From Saprolegnia diclina VS20 (Eukaryota): a stretch of 41,531 bases of DNA. Where the stretch lies: the NCBI RefSeq assembly GCF_000281045.1, contig NW_008246086.1, positions 359,058 to 400,588 of the forward strand. The letters run 5' to 3'. Shown in pieces: positions 11,021 through 29,051 of the stretch (its first letter is position 1; each line of letters starts with the position of its first letter). The notes beneath the pieces are model-generated. The model saw only the letters and a list, made by a program, of their open reading frames with translations. It did not search any database and was not told where the DNA came from. The translations under genes and the position numbers were made by a program.

Positions 11021-14000
11021 ATGTCCAGCCGGAAGCGCCTGCCCGGCGCGGTCTATGAAGGTGATATTGTCTTCATCAAGATTGACGATCGTGGGCATGT
11101 GCACTCAGACGGCTTTGTGGACGAGCGCCTTGGCTGCATTAGCGACATGGCGGGCGGCAAGCTCGACAGATGCCTCTTCCGGATCACCCCGTCGCTGCAG
11201 TACGAAGCCCAGAAACGGCTTGCAAAGGCACCGAGTAGTGCCACTGGCGAGGTGAGTGAAATGCTCGAGCTTCTTCAGCAGCAAGCCGCCGTCGAAGCGA
11301 GTGGCAACGCCGCCAAGCTCCGAGAGGCCATCGCCCGCGGCCAGCTCGTGCATTTTGGTCAGCCGCTGCAATTGCAACATGTCCAGTCGGGCAAATTCAT
11401 CTCGACACTGTCCAAGACGGTCGCAGAGATGGACAAGGTGTGCATGAAGCTCTCTCTCGTCGACCACGGCTCGTCCAAGTGCCAGTTTACCTTTTTGCCG
11501 AGTTTCAAGGCCAAGTCGATTGGTCACATTGTCGGCTACAACGACGCGGTATTGCATCATTCACTTCAGCAACTCGTACAGAAAAATCGTCATAGGTGTG
11601 CGTTGCCCGCACCAAGTCGCTCTCGTCTTTTCTGCATCTGAGTTTGCATCAAATCAACATGGACCGCCACGCTCGGCACGAGATCAACCTCCACACGCAA
11701 GAGACAATGCTGCGCCTCACACTCTTCACCCCGCCTCGTCTCGAATCCAAAGGGGCATGGGAGGTCGAGCCCGCAGCGATACTACGCAAAGTGCAGAAGC
11801 TCACACCGTCGCATGTAGGCTGGGAAGGTCTATCGGCTCTACCATATTGAAGCCAACGCGTTTGTGACAGTGTCGGCTAATCGGCACATGGCTAAAGCAC
11901 CGTATTTGCGTCCGTTGGCGTCCGGCTCGTCGGTCCATTCCCCGGAAAACGCGTCTTTGAAAGCCCTCTTTGTCCTCGAACGACACGACCGTCTGCGCGG
12001 TGGCGTGCTCAACGATGTTACCGAGCCCGTTCAGTTTCGGCATTTGCTCTCAGGCACCGCTGCCATCAACTACCGGATCTAAATCATGTGGGCGTAGGGC
12101 GCTACGTTACAGTAATGGACGACGGCGCGGTGACTGCGTCCGACGTGCCGTCGCAGACACCGTTTCAGATTCTTCCGTGCGCGACCAACGACCAGTCGAC
12201 GAGCGACGTCTGCTTTCTCCAGGTTATCATTCGCCCCTCAACTTGGCATTTAGAAAGCCGCTCTAACATGTAGGTGCTGGGCCGCGGCTATCGCTTGCAC
12301 CACCCGAATCTCGTCAAGCCCAAGCGAGACGGGCTTGCGTCGCAGCACTTGCAAGCCAGCGAGCAACTCCATGCGACACGCCAGCACTCGGACGAAGTAC
12401 ATTGAGATCCTCTCTCGCAGTCAATTCGATGGTGCTTGTAGGACGGGTTTCGGCTGCTGCCAGCCGCTGCAAGTGAGCTTGCCGAAGCCCAGTTCTTGGT
12501 CAGCGCCGTGGCGTCCCTTCAGGCGTACCGGTGCCTTGTCGAACCTGCCATCGATCGCGGCGCCCCGATGCCACGTGCACTGGTCGCAGACGCGGTGGCC
12601 GCCCTCCACGCGACGCTGCATTTTCTCTCATTCGGTGGCGACCGCCGCCAAAAGCAAGCTCGGGAGGCCAAGGTCTTGGACACTCTGTACGAGATGCAGC
12701 GCTGCGTGCTCCGCATCGAGCCCATTGCGCGGGACATGACGCTCTTCGCGCGGGACGCATCGTATCGGGCGGCGCACCGCGTCCACCGGCTCGTCAATCG
12801 GGTTCTCGTACGTCTCTTGGAGGAGAATGCACGGAATAAGAATTATGTGGCCACGCGCACAGCCGTCCTCTACTACAACGACGCGACGGCGTCGAGCACC
12901 GTGTACGCCCGCGAGACGCTGGCCTACATTGGGTCCGAGACCGGGTCCAAAACCGTCTACGGCACTCTCTTTCTCAACAACCCTGGGCTGCTGGCGACGG
13001 TCGACGCCAACGTCGTAGCGGCCTGTTGCAAGCGCATTGAGGCCCAAGGTGTCAAGGCCGCGGGCATTCTTCGTTTCTTGGGGATCCTGTGCGCCTGCGA
13101 CGGTACAAGCGTTCCGGCCAATCAAGAGGTGCGATGTCTGTGCACCCACGATGCGCTTATCGTCGACATAGCTGGTCGTCGACGCACTGTTTGCAGCATC
13201 GAGCTCAGTGCGCGATCGGCTTTTGATCGAAACGTGCGAGTGCAACACGAGTCGCCGACCGGTGCCTCAAGCCATGTACTACTTTGCAGTGCAATGGAGT
13301 TGGCTCATGATTTGTCGTTTTAGCAAGAGCATGACAGACGTCTTGCCACCGGCGCTAGCGTCCTTGACGCCGCGCCCACGACCGTTGGGCGCCGACGTCC
13401 TCAGCGACGGATTTTCCAGCATTGCTATTAGCTGGAAGGCGCACACCGAGTGGCGCGCTGGCGACGACAGCCTCTTTGTCACGTCGAGAGAGCTCGGTCT
13501 CGTCCCGATGGCGGGGGTGGAGAAGCCTTTGGACTTGGCTGCGTACCAAGCACAACTCGCAGGTGTTCCACTGGAGCCGCGGGACGCACCTGTGAGCGAG
13601 ACGCCGCCCCCGACAGCGACGCCGGTGCGAAAAGGGCTGTCGCTGGGACGGCTTCTTCTCGCATCATTGAGTCACCGTTCGTCCGTCAACTCGGACGCCA
13701 GCGGCGACTCGTTCGCTTCGAATGCACCGATTGGTCCAATTCGAGAAGAGTCGTTCTCAACCGAGTCGGCGACATCTCGGACCATCCGTGAGGACCCTGT
13801 GACGTCCAACCAAAGGCAGCGCACGAGCGTTCAGCAAAGCGATGTTAGCAACGCTGAGGAAGGAGATCCCGCCTCCACAACCATGACTATCAACGTCGAT
13901 GACGAGCCACCGCCACCTCGTAACGAAGATAAACCTCGAATGCGACGCCTCACAGCAGATTCTTGCCTTGACGTAGCGCGGCACTTGTCCTCCGGCGATG

Positions 14001-17000
14001 AATGGGTCGAGCTCGAGGCGGTCGTGTGGACGCTCGATCCGGAGAGTGTCTACCACCTCGTGTTTCCAGGGGAATCGTGGACGACGACGCAAGCGACGTA
14101 TCGCAAGGACAAGATGGCACAAGCGCAGTTCGACTTGCTCCACGATTTGGCGCAGTACTATCACCTGCAGCTGCTTCTCTTTGTCGAGCTTCTGCGCGGC
14201 AGCAACCTCCATGCGGTCAAGGTATGCCTCTCTTCTGCAACGTGCCATTTTTGCTTTTAAAGTATCAATGTATCAAGATGATATATTATGCGGTAGGTGC
14301 TCAAGCCGCAGCTGAGCTACACGATGCTGGTCGCCGCGATTGCCAACGAGAAGCTCCCAAATACGGTGCGGATGGCATTCACAGTCATTTTGCACCACTG
14401 CTACGTCATGTGCTTCCCGCATGATCACCTGATCTTTGCGACAAAAGTGCACACTATCGAGTCGATTCCCGCCTACTCGTCTCGCGCCGTCGGACCCGTG
14501 GTACGTACATAGTCCTCCAACCCCATAACGCATCATCGTGATGCCTAGCCGTTGCCCCACTTTGCGCTCCCGGCGACGCACCCCGCAAACGTCTTGTACC
14601 CGGAAGATGCCGTGCGCACGTACCCGCATGCCATCAAATTTCAGCTCCTCCAAGCCGTGCTCCACGCCGCGCTGAGCTCTGTGGCCACCGTGCGCGTCGT
14701 CGACGCGTCGCTGGATCAAAACGCATTTGCGTCGGCCATGCTGTCAATTGCGCACGACCTTCTTTTGTGCGGCTTTTACGTCGATTATACGTCGCAAAAG
14801 AACCTGGCGCACGTGCTATTGTGTCTCCTCGACGGACGCAATACGCTCGACGGGACGTCGCGCTACACGAGAAGCGCGCTCCACGATGCGATGACCCGCG
14901 TCAAGACGCAGATCTGCGACCTCCTCGTGACCATGACGCGGCTTTGGCGCCACGTCGAGTGCCTCCATGTCCTCTCATTTTTCAAAGCCAAGTATGCACA
15001 ACCAAAGTCACGCAGGCTCGGGCAGTCGCATGCTGCGTGGCGTCACCGCTTGCGGAAGCAATTGGCCGCCGTCCTCGACCAGACACCACATTTAGATCTG
15101 ATACTGGTCTCGCAACTCTCGCTCGACTACATCTGCATGGACTTGCTCATGTACGACGATGCGCACCTCGTCCAGGCCGCGCTGAGTCTGCACATTGAAG
15201 CAAACTCGAGAAAAGCGCGCGTGTTTGACGCAGTGCTGCAGTGTCTGGTCCTCGAGTCGAACGAGTCAACGACCAAGAGCCTGGCGCTCCCGCCGACGCA
15301 AGTCCTTCACGACGTTCGCGAGCTCCTTCCGACCTTCCGGCATCTCGCCCACATCTTTCCTAACGCGCGTCTCTGCGCCGACGTGCGCACGACGTATGGC
15401 AACGGCGTCCTCGGTGTCACCCACTTGCTCTTGGAGCAGTTGCAGCAGCTGCAGACGTATGCCTGTGACAAGCACCGACTGCTCATGGAGCGCTCAAGCA
15501 AACGCGCGTCGTCGTTCTGGGGTCTCCTCTCGGACGGTCCTGTCGCCGTGCGGTACACGCCGAGCGCGAACGGCCAAGCCATCATGCTGCTTTTGGACGT
15601 CCATAAGGTGGCGTTGACACTTGTCGAAAACCCAGTGATTGCCGACCCGTCGGTACACGATCTCCAGCGCCAGGTGCAAACCGAGGCGTGCAAGCTCCTC
15701 GTGCTCTTGTCGACCAAGAACCCGCTGGGGCAGCGCCTACTGTTTGAAAACATAAAGACCTTCTGGCGCTCCCTCGGTAACTGGATGCTCATAGCAACTG
15801 ACTCTGACGTCAAGTAGACACGGTGGACGGTGTCGGCAACGTAGTCCTCGCCGTCTTCTTCGAAAATGCGCATCTCTCGCACCGCCTGCCCGCCGAGGCG
15901 CTCTGGACCATGGGCCGACTCGTCGAGACGCATGCCACGAATTTGGCCGACGCTACGAGCGGGTCCAAGGCGTTTGCGACCATTAGCACCATTTTTGAAT
16001 TCTTCCTCACTTTCATGGCCCCCCACGACGTGCCTCTCAAGAAGCACCAGACCGCCGTCCACGAAGTCCTCCACCATGGCCAGTTCCAGCACATTTTACC
16101 CGATGCCGCCGCCCATGTCGCCCCCGACGACGACGTCGGCGCGGACGCGATCGTGCAGGCGCCCCATTACGTCGAGTGGCGCTCGCGACTGCAATCACCT
16201 ACCGACCTGCGCGGCGCCTATCTGCAAAAGGTACGCGCTTTCGATTTGGTGGTGAAAGCGTATCCGAGGGGTAGGTGTTGATTGTGCTCTCGGCGCTGGC
16301 CGCAGGCAAGAACCGAGGCGTCGCGCTGCACTACCAGCAACGGTACCCGCTCAACTGGTGTCTCAGCGTGCTTCTCGATGCCAAAATGCCGCTTGGTTTT
16401 AAGCTCGTCATGGTGCGTTTCTTCACCAACGTCTACCTCTACGGCGACGTCGACTTGCACCTGGGCGCGACCGCGACCGCGGTGCGCAACGTGCTCCTCC
16501 AGAGCGCGTCATTGCTCGTCGACTATGGCTCGAGCGCCGGCCGCCGGTTCCTCTCGACGCCCCGTGAGACCCAATTTGCCAAGCTCCTCGAGACTTATGT
16601 GTTTGATGGACTCCTCAATTTTATCACGGTCTATTGCACGCAGCACATGACGGTCCGCCAACACGACGACTCGGACACGGAAGGTGCGCACGTCACCGAG
16701 ACGCTCACCCACGCGCTCGACCATATTCGCACCAATGTCACCATGACACCGCAGCAGTCACTGGTGCCTTGCCCGCCTCTTTCAAGCACTCGGTATACAT
16801 CTCATCGTAGGCGCTGGAAGCCTGCGACCGCGCACTGCACACGGGCGTCTGTAGCCACCAAACACAGTGTCGATCGCCTCACCTGGCCGTGACGAGCGAG
16901 CATCATCGTGATGATGAAAACGCGGCTGCCCAACTGAGCTTTCACGCGTTCCAGGCGGATGTTTTCGAGTCGGACGAAGTGGCCGCGGTTACGGCGGCTG

Positions 17001-20000
17001 AAGCCAACCGCTTTGTCGTGCTCTGGGCCGAGATCGAGCGCAAGGTCGGAAGCAACCAACACAGCGCCAACATGACCATGCGTCTCTTCTACGCGCGCGT
17101 GATGGCCTTTCTGCAAGCGCGGCCCGCTTCGCGTACGCGAAACGTGCTCTCATGAGGCAGAACTCATTACCTCCTAGCGTCGGCCGAGCTGGTATTGCAC
17201 GTGCTGCACCGCCTGGTGGCGCGCTGTCGCCTCGACGAGTCGACCAGAAAGCGCATGCTGCTCTCGGAAATCGAAGAGGCCAACGACCGGTACAGCCACA
17301 CACAGAGCTTTCTGGCCGCGTACGGTGCCGCTTCTGCAACCAATGCACCATGCCGAGGCAATGGCTTGTAGATGTGGCGCGCCGCAGCTTGTGCTGGCGC
17401 TGCTCTCGGGCACCCAGTCGCCAGCGACGATGAATCAAGCGCTCCATTTGGGCTTGGAGCTTGTTCATGGCGGGAATCTCGCTGTGCAGCGCGCGTTTTA
17501 CGAAAGCTTCAAGGCGGGTGACGAGCGGTACGCGTCTCTCCCACGCAATAGGATGCGGAGCGTATACGTGGGTAGGGTCTTTGTGACCATCGAGTCGGTG
17601 TTGCGCGCCAATATCGACGCACTCAAGGAGCGTCGCCGCACGTCCACGTTTCTCGTCGAAGGTCTTGCGCCCATGAAAACCAAGCAGCGTCGCTCCAGTG
17701 TCCAAGCCGCTTCGATTTTCTTGCTCCCCGAGGCGTACACGACGTCGCATGACACCGATCTCGTCGATGCCGACTTGCTCTTGCAGTTTTTGACGGTTTC
17801 GCTTTCTATCAACTTGATTCATTGATAAGATTTGCGTAGGCGTTGGTCGCGGGGCATTTTCTACCCACGCAGCTGCTCCTCCTTGACCAGCGCGTCGCTT
17901 TGGGCCATGCCACCAGTGTCAACATCCTCCATGTGGTCACGACGTATCTGCGGTTGCTCGTCAAGGACGATGCCCAAGTGCACGAGATGACCGCGGCCGA
18001 CTGCTTGTCGCTCACGCACTGCTGGCATTTTCTGATCGAGTGCATGCAAGGCCCCTGCAGCGCCAACCAAGAGTTCCTTACGTCGTCGTCCATGGTCGAT
18101 GTCTTTGGCAAGCTACTCCGCGCCGAGATATTGCTGTCGACGGACCGCGTCGACGCACCGCGGCCCGACGACATTAAGAAACTCAAGGAGCTTGCAGTCA
18201 AGGCCATGGTGAGTCTCCTGGAGGGCCGGTCCAATGACGACGTGCAAGCCCGGCTTCGCAACATTCTCGCGCTACCGCCGCTGAAAGCGCGTCTCATCGT
18301 ACATCTGCCTTCTTTCGAATGCCAAGAAGGGATTCATCAAGCGTGTATGTAGGCTCTCTACACCCAATTTCACGCCGAGAAGGACGTGCACGTCGACGAC
18401 ACTACGTGGGACGAGCGGTTTCTAGAAGAAGGTGTCAACCTCCTCACGCTCGCCAAGTGCGTCTTTGATGCCGATCTCCTCGTGCCGCCGACCGACCGCG
18501 GCAGCGCCCCGAAGCGCGCTAATTTCACGAGCCCGAGCGAGTTTCAAGCCGCGGCAACGGCGTACCAGCACGCTAGTCTGTACCGCAAGACGTACACGTT
18601 CTTTACGGACATGCACTGCGCGGTTGAAATCTACTGGCGCGGACGCATCGAGCTCGTGTTCTTCCCGTTGCCGTCGCACTGCCGCATGCTGCGGTTTCTA
18701 AGTGCCAAGAAGAACGCGCTGCTCCACTCGCTCCGGTACGACTCGAACGACCGCCTCAAGCAGTTCATGCGGGCGCTGCCGAGTATGAACGAGGAAATGG
18801 CGCACGTCGAAGCGCTCAGTCAGTTCTGCGTCTACAACGCACTGCGCCCGTACATCCCGCTCTTCAAGACACTGAGCTTTCTCCTTGCCATTTTCATGAA
18901 CCTCATCATCGTACGGCCAATGTGCTCTTGCGTCTGCATCATGCTTTGGCTAGCTTGTCTCGATCGAGCACTACGACCAAGAGCCAAGCGACTACATCTA
19001 CATCCCGAGCAAGCTCAAGACGCCCATGTTCCTCTGCGGCTTGCTGCAAATCTTCCTCTCGACCGCCGTCGTCATCTTCATGCTCGTCATCAGCATCCCT
19101 CTCATCTTCCGGCGCCGGCGCAATGCAATGCGCAAGCGTTCGCTCGAAGCGTACAAGCAGCGGAAAGCGTTCTCGGATAGCATTGCTGACAGCTCAGAGC
19201 TCGACGTTCTCAAAGCCCTTGCCGAGCAGCGCGTCCAGCGTTGGACCGAGACGCTCGGTGCGATCTACAGTGCGTACCTTCCGTTTGCCAAGTTTATATT
19301 GCTCTTGTACGTGGGCCAATTTGCGATCGAACAAACGTTCCCGACGTTTCCAGCCTGGACGCTCTGTACGTGTCGCTTGATAGATTGATACAAATCCTCT
19401 TCCATAGATACGGTGCTCTTTTTCCCCGTCGTCTCGAGTACGCGGACGTACCTCGAAACGAGCGGGTCGGTCCTCGGCCTGCTCTTTACCTTTGCGTACG
19501 ACGTGCTCTTTGAAAAACTCACGGCGTTCTACCTCGTGTACCTCTGCACGGCGGTGCTGGCGACGTTGTACCACCCCGTGTTTTACTTCTACCATTTACT
19601 CGATTTGGTCATCATGAATCCGTCGCTGCAAAACGTCGTCTTGGCCGTGACGACGCCCGCCCGGCTCCTCGGGCTCACGGCGCTTCTCTGCGCGTGCATT
19701 TGCTACTTTTACGCGATGGGGCTCTTCTTCTACGGGCCGGGCAACCTCACGGACGACGCCCGCGCGATTCCGTACTGCTCGACGCTGCTCGACTGCTTGG
19801 TGACGGTCCTCCACCGCGGGCTTGCGGGTGACGGCGGCCTCGGCGGCTACATGTCGAACGCACTGAGTCACCCGCCCAACTTTTTTCACCGGGACCAATA
19901 CTGGTGGCGGTTTGTGTTGGACGTGACATTTTTCGCCGTCAAAGTCGTTTTGCTCAACATGGTGTTTGGGATTACGATCGATACGTTTGGCGATCTCCGT

Positions 20001-20513
20001 ACGCAGGCCGCGCGCAAGGACGACTTGAGACGCAATGTCTGCTTCATCTGCGGCCACGGCCGCGACGTCTTTGACGCGCACTACCTCGCGTCCAGCGGAC
20101 TCAACAACGGCTTTGAAAAACACATTGCCGACGACCACAACATGTCGATTCTTATTGTCTTATTGTCGAATTTTGAACGACATGCTATTGTAGGTGGTCG
20201 TACCTCTACTTCATGGTCCACGTCGAGTCACTGGACGCGACCGAGTGCAATGGCCCGGAAGCGTACGTCAAGGGTCTGCTTCTCAAGACCGACGTGTCGT
20301 GGTTTCCGCAAGGCATGGCCAAGTGCCTGTCGACGACGACCACGACTTCGGTCGCGCACAACATGGACGACGTCAAGCGCGCGGTCAAAACCCTGTGTGC
20401 GCAGGTAAAAGACAACTTGTCCACTGTACAGAGTTGACTATAACTAGGCCGACGTCGCTCTGCAAAAATTCCATGCGCGCCGCGACCGCCGCAACTCGAT
20501 GCGCGCCGTGTAA
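11021..20513 (+). CDS. ITPR: IP3 receptor/ryanodine receptor superfamily channel, paralog B with divergent pore (about 21 short introns, roughly 2,800 aa)
   Basis: Motifs: MSSRKRLPGAVYEGDIV..GFVDERLGC, VHFGQPLQLQHVQSGKFI, RQKQARE, LIECMQGPC, LNMVFGITIDTFGDLR, CFICG, spliced HNMWSYLYF and CNGPEAYV. The exon joins I traced all stay in frame (e.g. introns 11549-11595, 12054-12097, 20144-20193, 20405-20447). Stop TAA at 20511-20513. Confidence 0.92.
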
Positions 20514-20653
20514 AAACCGGTTATAGAGAAAAGACTATCCAAGAATGCATGTATTCCAAGTGTTTGTTTCTTGGTTTTTAGACAATAGTACGAGGATTAT
20601 GCAACGACAGTAATTGCAGTTTTCTTCTTGGTGGTATCGTTGTGAATGCGTCG

Positions 20654-27413
<6,760 letters not shown>

Positions 27414-28157
27414 CTGCCGAATGCTCAAAACGGACAAGAAACATGATCTCGTCGCCGACCGCGCTGATTGGTTCATCTTACTTTATCCGGAATGTCCGGT
27501 TTATCGTGCGATGGCCGATGATGTGTCGTTCAGTCGTTTAGTCATTTCGGTTTTAGTTAGTTTAATGGCTTTAGTCGTGTTGTTGGGTTTAGTTGTTTAG
27601 TCAGCTCAGCGGTCGTTTCGTTTTCGCTCAACCGTTGGAGTTGGCGTCCTCGTGGCAGGATCCGATGTCAGTGGCACGGCAAGCGCCGATACACAGCCAG
27701 GGAAGCATGGGGCTGCTACTCCAAGCGGATGAGTCAGTGCGTAGGCGCTACTACGAGTCGATCGATGGGCGAGCACGAGGATCTATCCGTGCACGAGTGC
27801 GATACCTTTTCAATAGCGCTATCCAACCGCTAAGATCGTAGTGGCAGGTAGCGATGCATTTCTGTCCCATCTCTCTGCAATAGCGAGCCAGCAAGACGAG
27901 CGCCGTCTATGACGCCCACGCTTCGGGCCATCGTCTCGGAAGCTTTGGCCTTTCTGTGGCAACAATTCGGCCAACGGACGCTACACTCCCTCGGTCCCGA
28001 GCCTTGCGCTATGAGGCACCTTGTGGCCTTCTCTAGCGTCGTGATCACCCTTCGCCCACGAGGATCTCGTTGGCCTGCGTAGCCTTACGCCATCGCGGCA
28101 GCGGCCAGAGACATCGCTTGCTGTACATTCGTAGCATGTGATATTATCATCGCTTGT

Positions 28158-28463
<306 letters not shown>

Positions 28464-28567
28464 CTACGAATCCGAATTTCAACAAAGATCTCGACCTTGG
28501 CGTTTGTATGCACTCGAAGCGACGCTTGGGGCCGCCCTCAAATTAGGGCCAAACAAGGATACTCCCG

Positions 28568-28761
28568 GATTGGCTAAAATCCCATCGACCCCACACTGCG
28601 CGTGTTTCTTTGGAGCCAATGAAACGCGCCACGTTGGTATCCAACACAGTGATTGGACAAAACCAACAGCGCCAATACCGATTCTAGAAACTCCGTCGCG
28701 AAAATGTTGCGACCCAGCAACGCCGATGAATATCATTCTATCTTCTTTGTGGATAGATTGG
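28568..28761. promoter_or_regulatory. Cluster of five CCAAT/ATTGG boxes upstream of LC8
   Basis: GATTGG at 28568, CCAAT at 28616, GATTGG at 28651, GCCAAT at 28671 and GATTGG at ~28756. Confidence 0.45.
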
Positions 28762-29051
28762 CTTGGCTATACAACTATCCACGGGTATCCATCCCGCGTG
28801 TGTTGTGACCCATTGAAGGCAACAGCGTGCGTACCTTGAAGCCCTAACCGCCCTCGCCCCCAAAATCGCAAGCAGCATGGACCTTCTTCGAGCCCGCTGT
28901 GGTGGACGCGACGTCGTGATACCATGACATCAGCTTCCTCTACGACTGCTTTAAGTGAATAGCTTCCAAAGTTCTCCTTGTACTATTGAACATACATTGA
29001 AATCTGAGCGAGTTATGGTAGGATGAGGCGAGGGAAACTCAACACTTGGAA

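Noticed and set aside
1094..20513. Fragmented ORFs read as many small genes or frameshifted pseudogenes
   Set aside because: The breaks I traced coincide with short GT-AG (one GC-AG) introns that restore the frame and are shared between the paralogs.
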